Part shown: one piece after another, positions 6,452 through 15,566 of the stretch
How the letters are laid out: each line of letters starts with the position of its first letter
Numbering within the stretch: the first letter of the stretch is position 1
Source: Myxococcota bacterium
Lineage (GTDB): Bacteria; Myxococcota_A; SURF-8; G963663525
Direction of reading: 5' to 3'
Length of the DNA stretch: 18,187 nt
Assembly: GCA_963676915.2 (NCBI GenBank)
Contig: CAXXVK010000034.1
Location: forward strand, 1-18,187
Notes under the pieces: model-generated
What the model was told of the DNA's origin: nothing
The model's input: the letters and a program-made list of their open reading frames with translations, nothing else
Database searches by the model: none
Program-made: the position numbers and the translations under genes

Positions 6452-7978
6452 TTAGCTCATGGTTCGGTCCAGACTGCGGTATTGGATCGCTTCCGACAGG
6501 TGGGCCGTCTGGATCGACTCGCTTGCGTCGAGATCCGCAATGGTTCGAGCCACTTTCAGAATCCGGTCGTAGGCTCGTGCGCTCATGCCGAGGCGATCCA
6601 CGACCATTTCGAGCAGCCGACCACCCTCGTCGTCTACTTTGCAGTCGCGCCGAAGCAGGGGCGGAGTCATCTGAGCGTTGCAGAAAAGATGATCGGAGCC
6701 GAGTCGTTCGAGTTGCAAGCGACGCGCAGCCACCACGCGATCCCGAATCGTTTCGGAGGTTTCTCCCCGGCGTTTGTCGCTCAAGTCACGATAGCGCACG
6801 GCGGGAACTTCCACATGCAGGTCGATGCGATCCATCAACGGACCGGAAATTCTGGAGCGATAGCGCTGGATTTCGTGCGGGGAGCAGGTGCATTCATGAT
6901 TGGGGTCTCCAAGAAAGCCACACGGACAAGGATTCATTGCGGCAACAAGCATGATGCGAGACGGGTAGGTGACCGATACCATGGAGCGGGTGATGGTCAC
7001 CTGCCGGTCTTCGATGGGTTGGCGCAGAACTTCGAGCACATTTTTCTTGAATTCAGGTAACTCGTCCAGGAAAAGCACGCCGTTATGGGCAAGGCTGATT
7101 TCTCCAGGCTTCGGGATCGATCCGCCCCCGATCAGTCCCACATCCGAAATCGTGTGGTGCGGCGCTCGAAACGGCCTTTGTGTCATGATGCCCTGGCCGT
7201 TTTTCAGTAATCCCGCAACGGAATAAATCTTGGTGGTTTGCAAAGCTTCTTCGAAACTGGGAGGTGGAAGTACCCCGGCGATTCTGCGTGCAACCATCGT
7301 TTTGCCCGACCCGGGCGGACCTACGAGAATCAAATTGTGTCCACCGGCAGCAGCGACCTCCAGAGCGCGCTTGACGTGCTCCTGTCCTTTGACATCCGAC
7401 AAGCAGGGCCAACCGCCGGGCGGTGGTATGTCGTCTTTGTGGGGAAGTTCCACCGGTGGGATAGGATTTTGACCCAGCAGGAAGCCCACGGCCTGATCCA
7501 CAGTTCGTACGGGAATAACCTCGATACCTTCGACGACGGCGGCTTCCTCGACGTTTTCTTCCGGTAGCAGGATGCCGTCCATTCCGGCATCCCGACACGC
7601 GACGGCGATGGACAGCGCGCCTCGAACGGGACGGATCGTGCCGTCCAAGGCGAGTTCTCCCGAGACCATGTAGTGATTGAGTTGGGGAAAGTCCAGGTTT
7701 CCCGACGATGCCAAAATACCGAGTGCAATGGGCAGATCGAAGGCTGCGCCTTCTTTGCGGATATCGGCAGGCGCGAGGTTGATGGTAATACGTCGTGGTG
7801 GAATGGCGAAGCCGGTATTGCGTAATGCCGACCGTACGCGCTCTTTCGATTCTCGGACCGCACCATCGGGAAGGCCGACGATCTGCACGCCGGGCAATCC
7901 CAAAGAAAGGTCCACCTCGACTCGAACCTGATAGGCATCGATTCCCAGTACCGCACCGGATTGAACACAGGACAACAT
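6452..7978 (-). CDS. comM: ComM / YifB Mg-chelatase-like AAA+ ATPase
   Basis: Start reassigned to ATG 7978 (RBS AAGGAGG at 7984-7990), giving 508 aa. Motifs: [35 protein letters not shown], Walker [69 protein letters not shown]. Confidence 0.95.
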   Translation of the reverse strand: MLSCVQSGAVLGIDAYQVRVEVDLSLGLPGVQIVGLPDGAVRESKERVRSALRNTGFAIPPRRITINLAPADIRKEGAAFDLPIALGILASSGNLDFPQLNHYMVSGELALDGTIRPVRGALSIAVACRDAGMDGILLPEENVEEAAVVEGIEVIPVRTVDQAVGFLLGQNPIPPVELPHKDDIPPPGGWPCLSDVKGQEHVKRALEVAAAGGHNLILVGPPGSGKTMVARRIAGVLPPPSFEEALQTTKIYSVAGLLKNGQGIMTQRPFRAPHHTISDVGLIGGGSIPKPGEISLAHNGVLFLDELPEFKKNVLEVLRQPIEDRQVTITRSMVSVTYPSRIMLVAAMNPCPCGFLGDPNHECTCSPHEIQRYRSRISGPLMDRIDLHVEVPAVRYRDLSDKRRGETSETIRDRVVAARRLQLERLGSDHLFCNAQMTPPLLRRDCKVDDEGGRLLEMVVDRLGMSARAYDRILKVARTIADLDASESIQTAHLSEAIQYRSLDRTMS

Positions 7979-8045
7979 GGGCACCTCCTTGGCTGCGTAA
8001 TTACAGCAAGGCTTGTGCCAATCGGTGAAAGTCCCGATAGCCCGC

Positions 8046-8205
8046 ATATTTCATGAGGATCGTCACGAGACGCCGAAAACCGAAGATATTTCATGAAGTT
8101 GGAGCGATTTTCACCCGCAGGCATACTGAACAGTCTGTCGAGGATGAAAATCGGGAAACAAGTGAAAGATCAAGGGGTTTCAAGTCGCAGTAGATTCTTC
8201 ATGAA
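8046..8205. promoter_or_regulatory. Repeated TTCATGA(A) motifs upstream of comM (candidate operator sites)
   Basis: ATATTTCATGA at 8046-8056 and 8086-8096 (exactly 40 bp apart) and TTCATGAA at 8198-8205. Confidence 0.35.
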
Positions 8206-8247
8206 TTATGTGGGCTAGATCAAGTTGATTCAAATGGGTCTAAATGG

Positions 8248-8272
8248 CTACCGTTCGGTTTTCAAACGGTAG
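8248..8272 (-). terminator. Hairpin downstream of the VWA gene (possible terminator or stabiliser)
   Basis: Minus strand CUACCGUUUG-AAAAC-CGAACGGUAG gives a 10-bp stem with one U-G pair. There is no clear U-tract. Confidence 0.35.
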
Positions 8273-8336
8273 AGCGTACGGATGTTGGACGGTGGATTGA
8301 AAACTGCACGTTGTGAATGTGCAAAGAACCTGAAGA

Positions 8337-10646
8337 CTACGGAAGCCTTCGCCGTTTGCGCCACCACCACTCACTTGCGGCAAGCAGTACGATCAATCCC
8401 AGCATGAAGGCGTTGTCCCAGATCGGAATGTCCTGTTTCGCACCGATTCTTTCGTTATGGCGGCCTTCAAAATCTATCGGATCGCTTAAACGGTCGGGAA
8501 GAGGTTCGAAGTGCCCTCCCGATGCATCGGCGAGGCGCTCCAATTGCCGGAAATCCACTGAAACTTCATCCAATTCCCGACTTTTACCTTCGATGAAAAC
8601 CATTGCTTCGCCGTGTTGCTCGCTGCCGTCTTCCAGACGATGAACGAGACGGATTTCGAGCAATCCTTCTTTTTGCGGAGCGGGTAGCGTGGTGCGGATG
8701 ATGCCGTCTTCGTCGCTGGTTTTCTCTTCTTCAAACACGATGTCGGATTCCCCCTGGAACCGTGCTTCGATTTTCGCTGTGGCTCCGGATTTGGGCTGGA
8801 ATCCCGTGTCCGTGATCCGAAAAGAGACATTGACATTTTCGCCGGGTTGATAGCTGTCCTTGGCGGGAGTGGCTTGGATGTGCGTCAGTTCGGGATCTTT
8901 GATCAACCAGCGCAGGGCATTGTTCCAGAAGGTGCGGTAGTGTTCGGCCCGTTTTCCCTGACCGACGGACTGAAAATTCCAAACCCAGGTGGAATCGACG
9001 GCCAACGCCAGTACACGCCCTTTCTCCGGTTCTCGCAACGCAATCACCGGAGGAGATCCGAACGCTCCGCTCAAGCGAGGATGCACCGCCAAAACCACAG
9101 CGTCGGGACGAGGTTTCAGTCCGAGGTTGATTCCCATCAGATTCGGCAATGAATTCCATACTTTGCGATTGGCGTCCAGGTCTTTGACCAGCCGTGTGAC
9201 GGGATGTTGCTCTCCTTTGGGTGTCAGACGAGCAGGAAACGGTTCCAAGCTCGCCGCGTTGCCGCCTTCCTCGATCGTAAACGGTAAAATCGCCTCGATA
9301 GCGGTACGTTGATAGCCGCCCAATCCGTAAGAAACATCTCCACCGATGACCAGCAGCGAGCCGCCTTGTTCGACGTAGCGGCGAATGTTGGGTAGGTACT
9401 GGGACATCCGGTAGCCGACGTAGGTAAAATTCTGGAAAATCACCAGGTCGAAGGTGTGCAGTTGTTTGTCGAACAGTTCTTCGGTTGGGAAGGGAATCAA
9501 CGAAAGCTCGTGATCCTGACTCATTACGGAATCTTCAGGCGTACGCAAGATGAAAAAGCTGATGAGATCCACGCTGGGATTTCGTTTCAGATGGCGTCGC
9601 AGGAACATTTCATCGTAATCGGGATGTCCGCAGACATGAAGAATGCGGATTTTGTCGCGGATCACCTGAACGATGAATTTTCTGCTGTCGTTCTCGGGGA
9701 TGGCGTCTTCGGGAGGCGTATCGATGTGGGCTTCATATACGAATTGTCCGACTTTCTCCGGTGCGAACGTGAAACGGGCCACTTGCCGTTCCCCCTCGGC
9801 GACATGCACGGTTTTCGCTTGGATGGGCGAACCGTTCAAAGATAACGTCGCAGTGACATCCCTTGCAGGGTAGCCGGTATTGCCGATTTCTATTTCGACC
9901 GCCATTTCGTTGTGAACGAAGGCGAATCCGTCGTATCGAACGTCACGGATCGCAAGATCGGCCAGACCTTTTTCGACACCGACTCCGTAGGCCACAATGG
10001 GCAAACGTCGCTTTTTCAGCAAGGTCAATAGGGCTTCTTCATCGGTTTCAGCATGTTCCGGTGGGTTGTCCACACCGTCCGAGATGACGACGATACCGGC
10101 CAGTTCCTCGGAAGGATAGCCTTCCATCGTACTTTGGATGGAGGAAAGCAGAGTTGTGTAGTCGTCTCTGGAGTTCAGAGGCTCGGACAACGTATCGAGG
10201 CTGACGCTTGACGTTTTGGCTCCGAAAGTCATCGGGTGTAAGTGATGTCGTTCCGCCAATTCAGAGAACGCTTCACGACTATTGGAGAAAAACTCGGTCA
10301 TTTGTGCCGAGCGACTTGGCTTACCGGGAGCGGAGGGAAGGTTCATCGAGCGTGAACGATCGGCCAGAACGACGACATGAGATTTAAATTTGAGGCGTTT
10401 CTGCAATTGAGCGGCTGGTTCGAGCCATAGCAGCACCAACAGCACGATCAATAAAATGCGCAGGATAAACAACGACCAGCGGATTTTTTTGACCTGAATC
10501 CGGGAAAGATTGCTCCAGGAAAGCCACACGGCGATAAGAATTCCAACGCCGAAAAGCATCCATTCCCAAGGTCGAGGATGGTGCAGGAATACCCATTCCC
10601 AGTAATTGTAATCTCCCAAAGCGGAAGGATCGAACAGGTTGCCCAC
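8337..10646 (-). CDS. Membrane protein with VWA (MIDAS) and class-I glutamine amidotransferase-like (DUF1355-type) domains
   Basis: Two N-terminal TM helices; MIDAS VLADRSRS...T...VISDG; Ig-like segment; FDLVIFQN...IRRYVEQGGSLLVIGGDVSYGLGGYQRTAIEAILP; GRVLALAVDSTWVW; C-terminal TM ending SEWWWRKRRRL. RBS GAGGAGG before the GTG. Confidence 0.85.
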   Translation of the reverse strand: MGNLFDPSALGDYNYWEWVFLHHPRPWEWMLFGVGILIAVWLSWSNLSRIQVKKIRWSLFILRILLIVLLVLLWLEPAAQLQKRLKFKSHVVVLADRSRSMNLPSAPGKPSRSAQMTEFFSNSREAFSELAERHHLHPMTFGAKTSSVSLDTLSEPLNSRDDYTTLLSSIQSTMEGYPSEELAGIVVISDGVDNPPEHAETDEEALLTLLKKRRLPIVAYGVGVEKGLADLAIRDVRYDGFAFVHNEMAVEIEIGNTGYPARDVTATLSLNGSPIQAKTVHVAEGERQVARFTFAPEKVGQFVYEAHIDTPPEDAIPENDSRKFIVQVIRDKIRILHVCGHPDYDEMFLRRHLKRNPSVDLISFFILRTPEDSVMSQDHELSLIPFPTEELFDKQLHTFDLVIFQNFTYVGYRMSQYLPNIRRYVEQGGSLLVIGGDVSYGLGGYQRTAIEAILPFTIEEGGNAASLEPFPARLTPKGEQHPVTRLVKDLDANRKVWNSLPNLMGINLGLKPRPDAVVLAVHPRLSGAFGSPPVIALREPEKGRVLALAVDSTWVWNFQSVGQGKRAEHYRTFWNNALRWLIKDPELTHIQATPAKDSYQPGENVNVSFRITDTGFQPKSGATAKIEARFQGESDIVFEEEKTSDEDGIIRTTLPAPQKEGLLEIRLVHRLEDGSEQHGEAMVFIEGKSRELDEVSVDFRQLERLADASGGHFEPLPDRLSDPIDFEGRHNERIGAKQDIPIWDNAFMLGLIVLLAASEWWWRKRRRLP

Positions 10647-10649
10647 GGA

Positions 10650-11471
10650 TCAATCCTCCTCGCCGACCGGTTGCGAACCCCTGAAAGGAGAACGACGCCG
10701 CTTGAGAATGAAGGGAATATGCACCTGATCGGATTTGTAATTGGTGCACAGAGCATACATGATGACGTTGACTCCGAAGCGGAACGCCAATTCCCGTTGA
10801 TGATCGCCACCGGGATAGACCGGAAGGCTCCAGTTGCCGAATTGATCCCTCATCCAAGCGCCACCGAGGTCGTTTCGGGAATAAATGACCGGAGTCCGTT
10901 CGTCGATGTGGATTCCTTCTACGTAGGGAAGCCGCTCGCGTCGTCCTGGGCGACCGTCGATCAAATAGAACGACTTGAACAACGTATGGTCGTGATCGAT
11001 ACGTTCGAAGGGGTTTTTCGGGAAAATACGCCCGAATTCTCTGCGAATCGCTGTATCGAAGCCATCGTCTTCACCGAAATCGTCGATGAATAAAAAACCT
11101 CCCAAACGCAAAAAACGGTGCAATTTCAGGATGTGGGCTTCGCTGAAGGGTGCGAAGTCGGTGTTTCCGTTCAAATACAACACCGGATAATAGAATAAAT
11201 CTTCGTGATCCAATGTGATTTCGGGGCTGTCCAAGTTCGCTTCGATGCTTGTTCGGCGAAGCAGTTCCCACGCAAGACGGCTTTGAGCCCCTCTACGTTC
11301 GGTGCTTGCTCCCAGGTACATCAGTGAGGGGAATGAAAATTTGGAGCGCACACCAAAACCCCAAGCCGGTTTGGAAACAAAGGGGAACGCCAATCCCAAC
11401 AGAGGTAGTCCGGTGAGAAAACGACGCCTGGAGAAGCGATTTCCTTCGGATGTCGGCTTGTTGGGAGTCAT
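10650..11471 (-). CDS. DUF4159-family protein with Tat-like signal
   Basis: Start reassigned to ATG 11471, followed by SRRRFL + hydrophobic stretch + AWG. DLFYYPVLYLNG, LHRFLRLGGFLFIDD, IYSRNDLGGAW and AFRFGVNVIMYALCTNYKSDQVH are typical of DUF4159. Confidence 0.85.
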   Translation of the reverse strand: MTPNKPTSEGNRFSRRRFLTGLPLLGLAFPFVSKPAWGFGVRSKFSFPSLMYLGASTERRGAQSRLAWELLRRTSIEANLDSPEITLDHEDLFYYPVLYLNGNTDFAPFSEAHILKLHRFLRLGGFLFIDDFGEDDGFDTAIRREFGRIFPKNPFERIDHDHTLFKSFYLIDGRPGRRERLPYVEGIHIDERTPVIYSRNDLGGAWMRDQFGNWSLPVYPGGDHQRELAFRFGVNVIMYALCTNYKSDQVHIPFILKRRRSPFRGSQPVGEED

Positions 11472-11547
11472 GAAGTGTTCGATTCTATTGCAAAAGGGAG
11501 AACGTCTTTGAGAGACGACATGTTGATAAAAGAATCCTCTTTTGAGG

Positions 11548-12307
11548 TCAAGGAGTTTCGTTTGTCTTCGCTGGGGGGGCACCTGTCGATTCTGTTTTTC
11601 CACGAATCTTTTTCAACGTTCGTACCGCGTTGAGTTGTATTCCCCTGTTGAATGTGATTTTCGGTGTTGCCCAGGGACCGTCAAGGCGAAGCTCGTGCAT
11701 TGGTTTCGAAGACGGATCGAACGCTTCGACCGGCCAGCCTTTGACAAGAAGAAGTGTGTAATTTTCGTGGTGTTTCCAGGGTTTTAGATCATTTTGAACC
11801 TGTTTGAACGCCCAAAACAACGCTTTTCGCTGGGCTGTTTCACTGGCTTCCGGGTCCAACCATAAGTCGATTTCGACAACGGCTTCCTTTTCGTCTTCCC
11901 GTTGGCGGACATCGATGGTCTTGCAGGTTTGCTCGGGGGGGAGGTCTTTCCATTCCAGGTTGCGTTTGATGGTCTGGCTTTTTTTCGTCCCGGCGGATTG
12001 AATAATCGGCTTGCGTTGCCCTTTCAACGTTCGATTCAAAAACGAGAGTCGGCTGTTTTCAGACAGGGCATCGAAACGTTTTTTTTTGCGTTTCGTCGGC
12101 GAATGCCAGCCGGTATCCACGGATGTCAGAATAACTTGTGGGTTGTTCTGGGGTTCCGGCAACGGGGCGACCGCTGAGCGGACAGACTTTGTTTCCTAGT
12201 GTCTTGACCGGGACACTGGTTTCGGGAGTTGCTTTTTCCGAACAAGAGAAAACGCATAGAACAGCGAAAAGTAACAAAACCGGAAAAGCGATATGGGTGA
12301 ATTTCAT
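11548..12307 (-). CDS. Putative lipoprotein with YHS/TRASH-like motif, split by a +1 frameshift in an A9 tract
   Basis: ATG 12307 gives MKFTHIAFPVLLLFAVLCVFSC (lipobox-like), then NKVCPLSGRPV...RGYRLAFADE. Removing one T from the T9 run at 12079-12087 joins it in frame to the 11548-12162 ORF (...DETQKKRFDALSEN...), giving 252 aa. Confidence 0.6.
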
Positions 12308-12433
12308 CCTATTGTCCTTTTTTCTCGTCACTTTTCGTTACTATCGCGAAAAATGGTGAAAAAATCCACCCCCCAACAATGAAATGATCGACTTTTCAGG
12401 CTTTCTTTTCAAAATTGTCGAATCGAAAGGAGT

Positions 12434-15298
12434 TTACTTTTCTTTAGAGACGGTTTTGTTGACCTGTTCAACCAGTTCTTGAGAGGAAAAAGGTTTTTGA
12501 AGAAAACCGGATATGGTTTTGCCTTGGAAACGTTCCAATACAATGTTTCGGTTGTAGCCGCTGGTCAAAAGAATGGGAATCTTGCACCCAAGGTGTCGCA
12601 ATTCCTCAAGAGCTTGTTCACCTCCCATTTTCGGCATGGTTAGGTCTAGAATGATTAAATCGATGTTTTCCTTGTGTTTCTGGTATTTGGCAATAGCTTC
12701 GAAGCCGTTCGATGCGGTAAATATCTCCATGCCGTTTCGTGAAAGAGTTCTTTCCATCATGCGTCGTACGACGGATTCGTCATCGGCGATAAGAACGGTA
12801 TGCGTCGTGACGGTCGAGTATTTTGATTCCGGTATTTCCAACTCTTTGCTGCCGGATTCCATTACGGGGAAAAACGCTGTGAAAACAGAACCTTTTCCGA
12901 GACTGCTGTCCACGGTGATCGTACCGCTGTGACCCCTGATGATACCGATAACCGTGGCTAAGCCCAAACCTCGTCCGGTAAACTTCGTCGAGAAAAAGGG
13001 ATCGAAAATTCGCGAAAGGGTTGCCGGGTCCATGCCTGCCCCGGAATCTGAAACTTTGACAAAGGCATAGGAGCCTTCAGGAAGATCCTCGTCGATCAAT
13101 GTCGCGGATAAAAAGTCCCGGTCACAGTGTTTTTCACCTGTTTCAATGATAATTTCGCCGTTTCGTCTGCCAACGGCTTCTACTGCATTGGTTACGAGGT
13201 TTAGCACCAATTGTTGAAATTGTACGGAATCGGCTTCGATGAACGTGTTCATTTCATGAAGGCGATACGACAACGTGGTGCCCAGGTTCATTGTGGCGTT
13301 GATGATGTGCCGCATGCTGTTGATGGTTTCAGTTACATGCAGCGGAGCTTTGATAACGCGCCCTTTTCCGGAATACGCCAGCATCTGCATGGCCAGTTCC
13401 GAAGCTTGAAACGCAGAATGTTCTACGTCTTTAAGGAAATCGTAAATTGGTGATTCCGGGTTGAGATCCATCAGGGCGAGACTGACATTACCCATGATTC
13501 CGGTTAGTAGGTTATTGAAGTCGTGGGCAACGCCTCCGGCCATATGTCGGAGACTTTCGAGTTTTTGGTTTTCCTGAATTCGGAAATCCTTTTGTTTGAG
13601 AAGAGGGTCCGTTTTTCGACGGGACGAGATGTTTCTGGATACACCCAGCAAGCCAATGTTTTCGCCATCTTCGTTTTGTAAAAGTGTAATGATGGTTTCG
13701 GTTGTGACGTGGTTTCCGTTTTTGTGAATGAAATCCAATTCCATTCTCAAAGAGTTGTCCTGCTTTTCATTCAGGTTGGATGAAACCAGTGCTTCAGGAA
13801 TCCATTTCATTGCTTTTTCAAGGCTGGATTCGGTCATTCTGTCGTGGAGTTGAAGACCGATGGCTTCTTCCGGCTTGAATCCACAGAGAGTCTCGACCGA
13901 TGGACTGACGTACGTCAGTGAAAACGTCATGTCGGTCATCCAGATCATGTCCGTGATGTTATCCGCAATAAAGCGGTATTTTTGTTCGCTCTGGTCCATG
14001 TCGTGCTCCACCCCAAGGGTTGTTCCATTTGTTCCTGTGGAAAACAAAACACCCGAAGGTTCGCCATGTTTGTCGAAGACGGGGGATCGAGTTACGCTCA
14101 ACTGCCGTTTTTCCAAGTCACAGGTCATTTCTTCTTCATCTTGCAATGCGGTTCGCTGGTAGATTGCTTTAAGGTCTTTTTCCTGGTGGCGTTGAGCTTC
14201 TTCCTCGTCGAACAGATCGAAATCCGTCTTGCCTAAAATGTCAGTTTCGTCAAGATTCACGAGACGACAAAAAGCTGGATTGGCGATTTCGTATTGCAAC
14301 TCTTTGTTTTTGTAAGCAAAAGGAAGAGGCGTTGATAAAAGCCATGCTTCGAATAATTCATGATGAGGATGGCGCGAAGACAACGTTTTGTCAGCGGAAC
14401 TTCCGGTTTCGGTGTAACAAACCACGATGTGGGTTTCATCCGCTTTTTCGGCGATGCATCGAAGGGTTTTTCCTATCAACGGAGAATATTCTTCAAAGCG
14501 ATAGGGCTCGGAAAGGTCAAGAGCCATAAAAAAATGAGCGAACCACGAAGGATGAGCGACACGGGATACCAATTGACCGAGATAGGTTTGTTCGTCCAGT
14601 TCCGTAATTTGTTTCGAGCCTTTATTCGTGCCGACCAGGCGGAAGTCCAAAGGTTTCTTTCGGCGATCGTATAGAATTTCGAACATGGCGAACCCCAAAA
14701 GACCGTCTTCCGCCATTTTTTCCATATACGGTTTCAACAATCGCGATACTTTACGGTTGTCTATCTCGATTCTTGGAGCAATTGGTTCTTCGAATGGCTG
14801 CGGCGAATGAGGGGCAGGATAGTTTGAAACGATGGAATCTCTTAGTATTTCCAGTGTTTTACGATGGAACTGACCGATTAGTTCGAGGTTTTCATCTTTT
14901 AATTCCGGAAGGGAGGCATTCCATTCTTCCTCGAAAATTTCTTGGCCGAAAAGAGCTGCACCTTTTTCGTTGGAGGTCGTATTGTCTCGGTCCCACTGAA
15001 GAGTGAAAGGTCCGATGACAATGGTTCCTTCATTAGGTCCATCCAGGGGGACAGGCAAGTGAAGATCACGCAAGCCGTTGCTACGTTGAAACGCCTGAAA
15101 ACCACTAAGATTGATACGTTTAAAAGGTAACTGAAGATGAGCCTGAGCATGAAGAACATTCAGGCCGGAAGCGCTGACAAGTTCCCCATTCGTTCCAAGC
15201 AAAAGTACTGGAACGTTGATCATGGCCGAAAACCGCTTACAATACCGTTGCAGGGTTTCCAAAACAGAAGGTTCGGATTGTGGAACCGGTAGTTTCAT
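12434..15298 (-). CDS. Cytoplasmic hybrid sensor histidine kinase (PocR-like, PAS x2-3, HisKA, HATPase, REC)
   Basis: H-box AGGVAHDFNNLL, N-box QLVLNLVTNAVEA, G1 DSGAGM, F-box IFDPFFSTK, G2 GRGLGL. Receiver VLIADDE...ILDLTMP...TSGY...QKPF. PAS signatures ANPAFCRL...ILGKTDFDLF and YVSPSVETLCGF. Start at ATG 15298 or TTG 15325. Confidence 0.92.
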   Translation of the reverse strand: MKLPVPQSEPSVLETLQRYCKRFSAMINVPVLLLGTNGELVSASGLNVLHAQAHLQLPFKRINLSGFQAFQRSNGLRDLHLPVPLDGPNEGTIVIGPFTLQWDRDNTTSNEKGAALFGQEIFEEEWNASLPELKDENLELIGQFHRKTLEILRDSIVSNYPAPHSPQPFEEPIAPRIEIDNRKVSRLLKPYMEKMAEDGLLGFAMFEILYDRRKKPLDFRLVGTNKGSKQITELDEQTYLGQLVSRVAHPSWFAHFFMALDLSEPYRFEEYSPLIGKTLRCIAEKADETHIVVCYTETGSSADKTLSSRHPHHELFEAWLLSTPLPFAYKNKELQYEIANPAFCRLVNLDETDILGKTDFDLFDEEEAQRHQEKDLKAIYQRTALQDEEEMTCDLEKRQLSVTRSPVFDKHGEPSGVLFSTGTNGTTLGVEHDMDQSEQKYRFIADNITDMIWMTDMTFSLTYVSPSVETLCGFKPEEAIGLQLHDRMTESSLEKAMKWIPEALVSSNLNEKQDNSLRMELDFIHKNGNHVTTETIITLLQNEDGENIGLLGVSRNISSRRKTDPLLKQKDFRIQENQKLESLRHMAGGVAHDFNNLLTGIMGNVSLALMDLNPESPIYDFLKDVEHSAFQASELAMQMLAYSGKGRVIKAPLHVTETINSMRHIINATMNLGTTLSYRLHEMNTFIEADSVQFQQLVLNLVTNAVEAVGRRNGEIIIETGEKHCDRDFLSATLIDEDLPEGSYAFVKVSDSGAGMDPATLSRIFDPFFSTKFTGRGLGLATVIGIIRGHSGTITVDSSLGKGSVFTAFFPVMESGSKELEIPESKYSTVTTHTVLIADDESVVRRMMERTLSRNGMEIFTASNGFEAIAKYQKHKENIDLIILDLTMPKMGGEQALEELRHLGCKIPILLTSGYNRNIVLERFQGKTISGFLQKPFSSQELVEQVNKTVSKEK

Positions 15299-15566
15299 GA
15301 TCCTACAGTCCAAACAAGTATTCAAACAAGGTTCGAGAATCTTTCCTCAGTAAAGAGGAAAAGTGGATATCCAAATACTGAATGGATTACATTGTATTAC
15401 ACCATTTGCTTTTTTGCAACTAATGATGGCTAATCGCACGTTGGTCACTTGCATTATTAAGGCATCTTTATATAACCGAGAGCTGTACAATTTGCAACTG
15501 CTTTGCGATGAGAATATGCTGATTTTCAGGAAAACGAAAACCAACAGGTACAAGTGGAACTAAAGT

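Noticed and set aside
4524-7118. comM repeat pairs as a diversity-generating retroelement TR/VR pair or CRISPR-like guides
   Set aside because: Mismatches are not adenine-specific on one strand and include indels. There is no reverse transcriptase, cas gene or repeat-spacer array in the window.
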